Below are positions 48,534 through 56,510 of a stretch of 64,000 nucleotides of DNA, in pieces. Origin of the DNA: a virus. Positions within the stretch are counted from its first letter, which is position 1; each line of letters starts with the position of its first letter. Under the pieces are notes generated by a model. That model was not told where the DNA came from, made no database searches, and saw only the letters and a program-made list of their open reading frames with translations. The stretch is taken from positions 5,218 through 69,217 of the IMG/VR virus record IMGVR_UViG_3300032731_001452; one strand, 5' to 3'. The translations under genes were made by a program, and so were the position numbers.

Positions 48534-48699
48534 ATCAAAAATGAGCGCCTAACAGCTGGCACGCGGGAGAGTTGATCAAGCTCTCAGAAACAATGACCTT
48601 TACCGCGCCTGTGTCTAGGGTGGTCGAACCCTCAAGGTTCCTGGTTTGCGCTCGGTAATACGAACCCTTTTTCCATAAGTTGATTATAGCGGTTGAACT

Positions 48700-48891
48700 T
48701 TAAGATTCAGCGCAACTCGAGGGAGATACGCTGTTGTCGACGATCGTCATTACCCCACACCGTTTGCAATTTGGGGATTTTGTCGTAGGCAACACGAACA
48801 CAGCCTTACTGCACGAAGGACGCCTAAAATACGAAGCTAGCGCCGGCATAAGGTCGTCTTCGTTAAACGTTTTCGTTCGCTGTTTACTCAT
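48700..48891 (-). CDS. Small Cys-containing protein
   Basis: Probable ATG 48891 (MSKQRTKTF); PSC and CKRCG. Confidence 0.45.
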   Translation of the reverse strand: MSKQRTKTFNEDDLMPALASYFRRPSCSKAVFVLPTTKSPNCKRCGVMTIVDNSVSPSSCAES

Positions 48892-48913
48892 TTCGCGATT
48901 CGGTACAAAACCA

Positions 48914-48936
48914 AAAGTTTGCGGCTTGCAAACTTT
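48914..48936. repeat. Dispersed palindrome copy 4
   Basis: Identical 23-mer; shares the flank acaaaacca with copy 3. Confidence 0.95.
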
Positions 48937-48996
48937 TGAAAAGTGCGAGCTTTCCACTCGCTGGGTACGGAATCTCTTCCCTTTCCATGAACAATA

Positions 48997-49214
48997 GGTC
49001 AGGAGGCGGGTATCTAATCCGCTCTTTTATTCGAGACGTCCGTACTCTGGATGGGCCGCGGACGAGTTCTTATCCTCTTAGTCACCACAATCGGGACTCG
49101 GGAGGTATAGAGTGCGATTTCGCCCCATCCCAGTTTCGCTGTTCGTTACTCTCATCCTGCGAAACAAAAATCGTCAGCCACGGATAATCTTGCGTACATC
49201 CCGTTACCCCGACC
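48997..49214 (-). ncRNA. Candidate tmRNA/tRNA-like mini-RNA (about 218 nt)
   Basis: Ends pair GGTCGGG/CCTGACC; second helix GGGATGT/ACGTCTC; T-arm-like GCGG-ATTAGATAC-CCGC; internal ORF ADDFCFAG*. Confidence 0.45.
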
Positions 49215-49318
49215 GTTCCTGCTGACACTACGCTGGCGACTTTGTCCCTCTTTGCGTAGTTATCACAATTGCCAAATTATGATGTTTGTAATCACTGTTA
49301 GCTAACTGTAATTAGTTC

Positions 49319-49660
49319 TGGTGGACTCGGCGGGAGTCGAACCCGCGTGTCACGTGTTTTCGCAAGACGTCTACGTAGTCTAGCTCATCTACCCTCAGAG
49401 CGGGGTTTGTCGGAACTTTCCCCGACGGTCAACAACTCTTTATTTCAAGGTAACTTCGGTTGCCTAAGTTTCACCTCTATCGCCGTGTCGTTATGCCTTT
49501 TCTCGCTACCCAGCGAATTCTCGCAAGAAAGACACCCGGGCTCACACGGTCCCGGGAAGCAACAGCTTACGCTGCGGCCTGAAGAGGAGTTTCGTCAACT
49601 CGTTTTCATTTTACTACGCAATCTTGGTTGCAATCACCCGATCGAAACCGTTACGAGCCC
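49319..49660 (-). ncRNA. ssrA: tmRNA (SsrA)
   Basis: 5' GGGCTCGTAACGGTTTCGAT; 3' GACACGCGGGTTCGACTCCCGCCGAGTCCACCA; G3:U70 and A73; tag frame 49567-49596 gives (A)DETPLQAAA*. Confidence 0.93.
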
Positions 49661-49859
49661 ATTTCAAAGATCTATCGTTCTTCCAATGTAAAGACTCTCA
49701 AGCCGATCCTCAAGGTGCTACTCGAGAAATCCCCAACGCCTTTGCCTGCCCGCTTCACGATCTCGAAAACTGTTGTCGAAACCATCCACGGGCCATCCAG
49801 CAAATAGCGCGCGCTAAGTTGCTTGAAAGCCTTTAGATTGAAAGAACACGAACAATTTT

Positions 49860-50750
49860 TCGGCCACCCGGGACTCCCCTATGGGCGGGCGGCCACCCCA
49901 GAGAATACCCCCGGGGAATACTTGAGCAGTGTTTACAACAGCATGCTCAGGCTGGGCTCATATGCTCACGACTTTCAACTACCAAGTCTAGCAAATCTGC
50001 CAACGGTTTCCGCAATTTTTGGCAGCTACGCTTCTTCGCGTTCTTCGGTGCGCACTGGCAACCGAATTACTTGGTCGGTTTTGCCCACCCCACCGACCAA
50101 AGGGTTAAACAACTACTGAGCTTAAGAGGTGGACCAAGTTAAGCTCCGGGCAGCTCCAAGACCGTAGCCCGGGAGCGCCCCAAGATCGCTCTTGGGGGAT
50201 GAAAAGTGCTGAGCTAGGTACTCAGCGTGGAGACCTTCCGTCTCTTTGGGTAGTTATACCGTATTTATTTCGTCAAAGCCCTCTACACTACCAGAGGTAC
50301 TAAGCTATCTACTAGTTCATGAGGACAGTAGCTGCCCGGTGCCGGCAATCATGTGGCCTAGCCACCAGCAGGAGTTCTCATCCTACAGACCACTTACGGA
50401 TGAGGTGTCTAAATTTGCCAGGTCTAGGACCATCAGCCCGGCTGAGGCGCATGCCATTATGCTAACTAGCCCTGCCTTAGTTTTCATCAACGTTAGTGTC
50501 AGCGACTAACGCAGACTACAGTCACTTTTATACCCGGTGACTACAGGCTGAACACGCATGGGGCGTGGTTCATCTAAAAACGATTGCAGCCAGGATTTTC
50601 ACCTGGAACCCAAGGTTTCCTCCGTCTTTCAACGGACTATTACTCACACGTAGCTTAGGTTTGCATCAATTCCTCCGAATTTAATCGGTCTACAATCAAA
50701 CTTCCAACGTTCACGCAACCTTTTGCGTCAACGTTTTATTATAGTTTCAA
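49860..50750 (-). ncRNA. Candidate large structured non-coding RNA(s)
   Basis: About 900 nt with no credible CDS and more than 15 adjacent hairpins; sigma70 promoter at 50764-50793. Confidence 0.6.
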
Positions 50751-50763
50751 ACAACTGAGATAG

Positions 50764-50793
50764 GTTATAGCATCGACTAGCTAGCTGCGTCAA
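50764..50793 (-). promoter_or_regulatory. Sigma70 promoter driving the ncRNA/tmRNA region
   Basis: TTGACG-18-TATAAC with TG extension; AGCTAGCT palindrome in the spacer. Confidence 0.7.
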
Positions 50794-50797
50794 GGAC

Positions 50798-51196
50798 CTA
50801 ATCGTCTTTTTCTGGCCACCCCAAAGCACGCATCGCCGGACGACTCATTAGGCGGCCTTGAAGCCCGTGAATGTCGTGACAAGTCTCTTCATCATCCATC
50901 GGGTGAAGCTTCGGAAGCGCGAAGATTCGCGTAGCCGCTTCGGTAACAGCATCCAACGCTTCGATCTCTTGATCGTTCATGCCTGCGTCTTGTAAGCACT
51001 GAAGATCCTTGGGTACGCCACCTTCCTTGAGTCGAAGACGATCGTCAAGCTCGACGTAGGCTTTGATCCACGTTTCAGCCCACTCCATCAATTCCTTACG
51101 AGCTGCGTATTGCACGTGTTCTGATTCGCGCGGCACTAACTGAAGCTTCTCGATAAGTTCGCGAAACTGGCGTAACGGTTCGTCAATGTTTCTCAT
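50798..51196 (-). CDS. Hypothetical protein (probably leaderless)
   Basis: True start likely ATG 51196, since the track ORF runs into tRNA-Gln; LPKLHPMDDEETCHDIHGLQ motif. Confidence 0.65.
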   Translation of the reverse strand: MRNIDEPLRQFRELIEKLQLVPRESEHVQYAARKELMEWAETWIKAYVELDDRLRLKEGGVPKDLQCLQDAGMNDQEIEALDAVTEAATRIFALPKLHPMDDEETCHDIHGLQGRLMSRPAMRALGWPEKDD

Positions 51197-51213
51197 GATT
51201 ATATTATAGCGGT

Positions 51214-51289
51214 TGGTTGGGGAGGTAGGGCTTGAACCTACAACATCTGGCTTCAAAGGCCAGTGCTCTACCAGTTGAGCTACACCCCA
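51214..51289 (-). tRNA. tRNA-Gln(TTG)
   Basis: TGGGGTG/CTCCCCA acceptor (one mismatch), loop CT-TTG-AA, ACCA end. Confidence 0.9.
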
Positions 51290-51296
51290 ATAACCG

Positions 51297-51788
51297 TTAT
51301 TCCTTCCGCACCTCTTCCGCGAACGGTGTGTTGTCGATAATGCCTACCTCAAGCTGGCGCTGGCCCGTAGCTTTGCGATATTTCTCAGCTTGAGGCTCAT
51401 TCGACGAGAAAAACAAAAGATCTTCATGAACACGCGTTCTAAAAACACCCTCTCGAAACAAATCTACCAGCTGATCGCGATCTGTTTCCTCAACAACTTT
51501 TTTAGTTAAAGTCCACGCAACATCGTGGTCTGGTACGTAGTCGCGAACAACAATCTCGAAACAACCCCCTTTGTCAACGCAGTCTACTTCACGCCGGTTG
51601 AACAACGCTTCTACCACCGCTTCATGAACGTACTCAGTTATTTCACTCACGCTTCGTTTACGCTCAGCTTCCAGTACGCCACGAACGAACGTGGACGTTG
51701 AAACATTTTGCTCGTCAACCTGTTTTTCAATCCAAACCGCCAGTTCCAAAGGAATTCGTACCGACATCATTCTGTCATTCGGGCTCAT
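51297..51788 (-). CDS. Ribbon-helix-helix protein with C-terminal domain
   Basis: MMSVRIPLELAVWIEKQVDEQNVSTSTFVRGVLE. Confidence 0.75.
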   Translation of the reverse strand: MSPNDRMMSVRIPLELAVWIEKQVDEQNVSTSTFVRGVLEAERKRSVSEITEYVHEAVVEALFNRREVDCVDKGGCFEIVVRDYVPDHDVAWTLTKKVVEETDRDQLVDLFREGVFRTRVHEDLLFFSSNEPQAEKYRKATGQRQLEVGIIDNTPFAEEVRKE

Positions 51789-51810
51789 GATGACCTCCTG
51801 GCGCCCAAGA

Positions 51811-51836
51811 TGTCATACAAACGTCAGACAAGTCAA
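51811..51836 (-). promoter_or_regulatory. Promoter with inverted-repeat operator (RHH autoregulation)
   Basis: -35 TTGACT adjacent to TGTCTGAC-N4-GTATGACA. Confidence 0.55.
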
Positions 51837-51839
51837 GAT

Positions 51840-52319
51840 CTATTCCCCCGCCAACAAATCAATCCAGTGATCGACGTACACGCGACCAAGACGACCGTCC
51901 CAAAGGTGGGGGTTGATATACATCGTCTTAGCTTCCGCCGAACCGACTTTACCCCCTGGATTAGTCGCGCCAAGCTGGTGGGCGAACTTAAGAACCGTCT
52001 CGGTCATTCGATAACAACCCTCATTCGTCATGGACACCATCAACGCCTTTTCGCCATGAAAAACACCGATAGCCGCCTGAACGCAAATTGATGTGGTTCG
52101 ACCCTTTCCAAACTCATGTGATTCATACCACTCAATCATCGGCGCCAAACCAAGTTTGCGGTACGCTTCTTCTAGGCTACGAACGCCTTGACGTTGGCGC
52201 TCAACGATAGCTGAACGGATCACGTCCGACACGGTTCCGTCCTGTAGTAGCGCTTCTTTCTCAAGCCATCGTTTGTCGCTCGGCTCGACACGAATTTCCA
52301 ACCGTTCCGTTTTCCCCAT
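51840..52319 (-). CDS. Ribbon-helix-helix protein with C-terminal domain
   Basis: Start ATG 52319 after GGAGG; KTERLEIRVEPSDKRWLEKEALLQDGTVSDVIRSAI. Confidence 0.75.
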   Translation of the reverse strand: MGKTERLEIRVEPSDKRWLEKEALLQDGTVSDVIRSAIVERQRQGVRSLEEAYRKLGLAPMIEWYESHEFGKGRTTSICVQAAIGVFHGEKALMVSMTNEGCYRMTETVLKFAHQLGATNPGGKVGSAEAKTMYINPHLWDGRLGRVYVDHWIDLLAGE

Positions 52320-52331
52320 TTCGACCTCCAG

Positions 52332-52377
52332 TTTGTAGTACGATCGCATTTGTACTACAAATGTACGTACGAGTCAA
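52332..52377 (-). promoter_or_regulatory. Promoter with inverted-repeat operator (RHH autoregulation)
   Basis: TTGACT-17-TACAAA overlapped by TTTGTAGTAC-N10-GTACTACAAA. Confidence 0.65.
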
Positions 52378-52925
52378 CCGCCCCAAGCCGACTCGATCTC
52401 TGCCTGTTCAGCTTCTCGAGCTTCCCGTCGCTTCTCAAACTCCACGTCCCAACGATCACAAGTTTTCAAAACGGCACGAACCGCTTCTACAAAAAGTTCG
52501 CGAGCTGTAAAATCTACATCGGTTAAAGCGGACTTAGGAAGCTTATCTCGACCAATCCACCGAACCTTCTCATCGTTGAGGTATAAACGTGGCGTTGAGT
52601 CGCCATGGGCGCACGAATCCTGGCAACCACTCTTAACTCGACACAAAGGCGACGGAGCGTAGCCTACGCCAAATTTGTGGTCGCTAGTATGAACCCAAAC
52701 GCCATCACGATATAAGCCGGCGTTCCACTCCCGAAACGCTTGACCGCCAATCCGATGCTTCGCCGTTCTACTCGCTGCTATAAGCAGGGTGGTAATTTCA
52801 GAACCGTCTCGTTTGAACCTACACAACAAACCGTCTAAGAAAGCTTTGCCGCCAAGCTCCTCTTCGAGTAATTCAGCTATTTCTTCAGCAATTTTTCTAT
52901 GATATTCGCGGCTGTAGATATCCAA
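52374..52925 (-). CDS. Hypothetical protein
   Basis: 183 aa in the early-type array. Confidence 0.6.
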   Translation of the reverse strand: MDIYSREYHRKIAEEIAELLEEELGGKAFLDGLLCRFKRDGSEITTLLIAASRTAKHRIGGQAFREWNAGLYRDGVWVHTSDHKFGVGYAPSPLCRVKSGCQDSCAHGDSTPRLYLNDEKVRWIGRDKLPKSALTDVDFTARELFVEAVRAVLKTCDRWDVEFEKRREAREAEQAEIESAWGG

Positions 52926-52934
52926 GACGTTCCC

Positions 52935-53147
52935 CTAGTTAATCGGCGTGTCGTCAGGTCCGTCAACTGAAATCGTGAAACTGAAACGGTTGTTATACCA
53001 ACTCAACTCACGCATCTTAGCCACGACGAGGCGGACTGGCGCGTCAGGATTTATGTCAACCACAACGGTTGTTTCTTCTTCATGTTCAGCCCCAGCTTGT
53101 CGAACTTCTTTCGCGGTGGCGTGAATCTTCATAGTCACTTCCTTCAA
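52935..53147 (-). CDS. Small hypothetical protein
   Basis: About 65-70 aa; start may be ATG 53132. Confidence 0.55.
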   Translation of the reverse strand: MKEVTMKIHATAKEVRQAGAEHEEETTVVVDINPDAPVRLVVAKMRELSWYNNRFSFTISVDGPDDTPIN

Positions 53148-53162
53148 TCAAGATGTGACTAT

Positions 53163-53191
53163 GATTTACCATCGTTAGCTAGCTACGTCAA
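53163..53191 (-). promoter_or_regulatory. Sigma70-type promoter with TAGCTAGCTA spacer palindrome
   Basis: TTGACG-17-TAAATC; nearly identical to the 50764-50793 promoter. Confidence 0.6.
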
Positions 53192-53413
53192 GAAGTTTCG
53201 CTACCGCTTTTTCACCGAGCCCACGCGCTTAACCCGCAACCGTTTCCCTTTGAGCCGTTTCACCGGGAGTTTCGACTTCACAATCTGGGGATACAGAGCT
53301 GGAACAGCGTCGCTTCTTATCGTTCCGCGCGTGGACATGCACCCATCCTACCAGAACCTGAGCGGTAATCATAACCCCAGTTGCCTAACTGCATCGCGGT
53401 GTTATGATGGCAA

Positions 53414-54127
53414 ATGAAAGGACGGACTATGAAGCCATACCGCATCATTCAAAACGCAGATCTAATCGAAGATCTTCTATCAAACGCTACGTGGGGCGAC
53501 GTATTCTTCCATGCTGGATGTGGACGCGTAGCGATTTGTCGCGACGCGCTCTTTCAGGACTTAGATCTACAACCGCCAACGCGGTCGATGACGTGGTTCG
53601 ATCTCTGTAGGTATCTCATCGAAGCGCTTGGTTACGATCTTCCAGAAATCGAAGCTCGAGAACCTTGGGCGCGAGCGCAAGAGTACGGACGGATTCTTCA
53701 AAACCTAAGCGAATTCAACGCAACCCCCAACCTGGAGTACAGCATCGTGAGAGACATTTGGGACGGATTTTACAAGCAAGACAAGAACGTGATCATTCTC
53801 GAAGACGGCGCCATGTGGAACGTGAGCGGCCAGTTCGAGTGCTGGGATGAAGATGTGTACCACGCGCGTATGCTTGTCAACCAGCTCGACCCCATGGGTA
53901 ACGAACGTTGGGGCTTGCTCTCAGTAGACGCGCCAACCGACGACCCAACGCTGGGTAACATGCGGTTCAAGCCGCTGGATGAGTGCGTCGCTAGGGGGCT
54001 TTACGTCAACGACGTGTCCGATCTGGTTGGTCAAGCGGTCGCAACGGTCGACGACACCAAGAAGAAGCTTGTGGATGAACGCGACGGATTCTTCGCGAGT
54101 AAGACGGTCGTTCCGGGAGAAGCGTAA
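53414..54127 (+). CDS. Hypothetical protein, lone plus-strand gene
   Basis: 237 aa ORF; start may be the second Met. Confidence 0.65.
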   Translation: MKGRTMKPYRIIQNADLIEDLLSNATWGDVFFHAGCGRVAICRDALFQDLDLQPPTRSMTWFDLCRYLIEALGYDLPEIEAREPWARAQEYGRILQNLSEFNATPNLEYSIVRDIWDGFYKQDKNVIILEDGAMWNVSGQFECWDEDVYHARMLVNQLDPMGNERWGLLSVDAPTDDPTLGNMRFKPLDECVARGLYVNDVSDLVGQAVATVDDTKKKLVDERDGFFASKTVVPGEA

Positions 54128-54206
54128 AAGACCGTCCCGCCTTTTGGTTGTGAGGGAGTTGGGGGAAAACGATGAACCACCAGCAGGACGGTCTAAGAAC
54201 AGCTTC

Positions 54207-54689
54207 TCAGAGACGGTCTGGGATGTAAACGGTTAATTCTCCCTTGAACGATTCGGCCTTTACTCCATTCCGTTTAAACCAGGCGGCGATGCGTCGTTCG
54301 ATCAAACCCGCGTCCGGTTTCTTCTCTTTTAGAATTTCTATCGGAAGACTCTTGAGATTGAAGGTAGTCTTCTCGCAACCGTGCGACGCGTCCACAAGAA
54401 CCTGATCGATAACGGAAACAATGCACTCCGATAGGTAGTTTTCATCAAAATCAACCTCAGCGCGAAGACGAGCCTCTATTAACCGAAGGCGTAACGGTTG
54501 TTCATGGCTCTTAGGCGACTCAGGCATCGGCTCAGGCTCGGTGATGCCCTTTAGGAGTACCTCGACCGCTGCGTCGGGTCCGCCGAGCTTCAGCGCGTCG
54601 ATAGCGTCGCCCAGAAGCCGTCGCATCTTGATTTCACGGTCAGAAGGTTCAGAAGCGGGCGTGTCTTCAGATTTCTTGAGTTGTTCCAC
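54207..54689 (-). CDS. Hypothetical protein
   Basis: AAGGAG RBS with GTG start. Confidence 0.6.
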   Translation of the reverse strand: MEQLKKSEDTPASEPSDREIKMRRLLGDAIDALKLGGPDAAVEVLLKGITEPEPMPESPKSHEQPLRLRLIEARLRAEVDFDENYLSECIVSVIDQVLVDASHGCEKTTFNLKSLPIEILKEKKPDAGLIERRIAAWFKRNGVKAESFKGELTVYIPDRL

Positions 54690-54703
54690 GTTTGTTCTCC
54701 TTT

Positions 54704-55108
54704 TTAAGATTCGACTAAAACGAATTTGTTGCCGCGGTTGAATGGGAGTAGATCATTAAGCCTCAAAACCTCAAAAGAGGAACACTCGAGTCTTATCTGA
54801 TATCCAGCGTTTTCATCTAATCCCCAGTGCATGGTTGCGTAGTACATAGCGTCAAAGACCGTCGTTTCATCATCTACTTTGTACTGAAAGAGTTGATCGC
54901 TAAGTTGACGACGAATCAAAACGTGACGTTCCGACGTTACGCTTCGAGCGTTAGACAGCTTTTTTACCTTCATAACCGCTAAGGCTGCCTCGCAAATCGC
55001 TAAATTCAACTCAGGATCTAGTAATGACGTCGAATCCTGAAGAACGTCGCGTACGATTCCGAAGGCATCTTCTGTTAACTGATCTACGCGTTTATGAATA
55101 TCGTTCAT
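54704..55108 (-). CDS. Hypothetical protein, possible ubiquitin-like C-terminal domain
   Basis: Probable start ATG 55108; beta-grasp-like residue pattern. Confidence 0.55.
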   Translation of the reverse strand: MNDIHKRVDQLTEDAFGIVRDVLQDSTSLLDPELNLAICEAALAVMKVKKLSNARSVTSERHVLIRRQLSDQLFQYKVDDETTVFDAMYYATMHWGLDENAGYQIRLECSSFEVLRLNDLLPFNRGNKFVLVES

Positions 55109-55637
55109 TTTCAGTCCAATGCGTTTCGAAATGTGGAATCCAAACAACTTCACGTTTACGAAGGTACTCCATGGTTTCCAGTGAACGAACCGCTCGACTC
55201 AACCGCTCAATCTTTTCTCGTTGCGGCGTCACAACTCGTTCAAGACGTAATAGCTCTTCCGCTACCAGCTGCGCACGCTTAAACCATTCCTCAGTCGCGC
55301 GAAGAGCTAGGTAAACCACGTGATGGTCGAGTACAAGCGGTTTTCGATGCCCTTCCCGATGATGTACCGAGGAGCTAACCGGCAAAATACTGAGTTTACG
55401 AGCCGCTTCATCGCTAGCTAAACACCGCGCGATCTCTCTGATGTATCGAATCCCTCGCGAATCATGAACGATGAGGTCTGCGCCTTGGACAAGGGCGCCC
55501 GCGGCTGCCGCTGTCGTGTGACCCACAGCTGAAGGCGCTGTATGCAAAAGATGCAGAAGATCAACAGCTGGATGTGGAAAAGGAGTTGACGCAAACCGAA
55601 CGGCGTCATCGCGAATCGTGGGTTTACAACCGTCCAT
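55092..55637 (-). CDS. Hypothetical protein
   Basis: 181 aa in the array. Confidence 0.5.
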   Translation of the reverse strand: MDGCKPTIRDDAVRFASTPFPHPAVDLLHLLHTAPSAVGHTTAAAAGALVQGADLIVHDSRGIRYIREIARCLASDEAARKLSILPVSSSVHHREGHRKPLVLDHHVVYLALRATEEWFKRAQLVAEELLRLERVVTPQREKIERLSRAVRSLETMEYLRKREVVWIPHFETHWTENERYS

Positions 55638-55639
55638 GA

Positions 55640-55921
55640 TTACAAGACAGGGCGGATCTCTTCCGCCAACTTACGCTTGTTCATCTTACCGCGACCCACG
55701 ACCTTTTGCTTCTTCGCGAATTCAAGGAGAGCGTTACGATCGTAAGCTTCGCAGAGTTCGTCAACCGTCATGGGGCGCTGATCTTCAAGGTTCGCGTCAA
55801 TCGCTGCTTGCTTAGCCGCCTCTTCGCTTTTCAACCACCCGTTTTCACGGGCGCGGCGCCTTCCCAGCCTCATCGACAGCATATCACCATCAACCATTTT
55901 GTAATAACGATGCATCTTCAT
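55640..55921 (-). CDS. Protein with Rho N-terminal-like domain
   Basis: RNALLEFAKKQKVVGRGKMNKRKLAEEI. Confidence 0.65.
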   Translation of the reverse strand: MKMHRYYKMVDGDMLSMRLGRRRARENGWLKSEEAAKQAAIDANLEDQRPMTVDELCEAYDRNALLEFAKKQKVVGRGKMNKRKLAEEIRPVL

Positions 55922-55969
55922 TTGTTTTCTCCAGGTTTAGCTAACTTGTACCACGGTTAGATGATTAAA

Positions 55970-56284
55970 TCAACCGTTTATTGAGATAGCGTGCGCGGCG
56001 GCCTTAGTGAAGAATACAGCTTCATCTTCACGCTTCAATCCACGAAACAATCCGAGTTGCATCTCCAACGCTGTATCCAGGTCGAGATCATACTCCTTCA
56101 TTGTTGAATCCAAGAGTTGGATTTGAGGGTCGAGCTTCTGAAACATAACCTCACCAAACGTCTTGGTGGGCTCAACCTCTACTGATCCGCTCGTTGCTTG
56201 ACGCATCAACTCTAGAATTAAATCGTTGTAACACTGTATTGGCAACATTCCTTTAATTTGTTTGAGCCGCTCTTGTTCGTTCAT
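55970..56284 (-). CDS. Hypothetical protein
   Basis: 104 aa, coupled to its neighbour. Confidence 0.6.
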   Translation of the reverse strand: MNEQERLKQIKGMLPIQCYNDLILELMRQATSGSVEVEPTKTFGEVMFQKLDPQIQLLDSTMKEYDLDLDTALEMQLGLFRGLKREDEAVFFTKAAAHAISING

Positions 56285-56502
56285 GTTGTTGTTTCCGTTT
56301 CGAGAAAAGCTACAACAGAAAACGTTTCGCCGCCTTCGATTTCACCCTCTACAATCGTACCGTTGCACCGAACAATCAAGTTAGCTTCGGGTGGGATACC
56401 AGCATCTTGTAAGACCTGAAGACGATAAATACCGATCAACTCAGCCAACGAAACGGTTTTTCGCCACGTTCGTTTTCTAATGTTGACTTCGTCACATCTC
56501 AT
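56281..56502 (-). CDS. Small protein, possible ThiS/MoaD-like fold
   Basis: LQDAGIPPEANLIVRCNGTIVEGEIEGGETFSVV. Confidence 0.5.
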   Translation of the reverse strand: MRCDEVNIRKRTWRKTVSLAELIGIYRLQVLQDAGIPPEANLIVRCNGTIVEGEIEGGETFSVVAFLETETTT

Positions 56503-56510
56503 CGTTTGAT

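Noticed and set aside
49823-50509. Short ORFs in the candidate ncRNA region
   Set aside because: TTG starts, no RBS, atypical composition, and opposite to the promoter direction.
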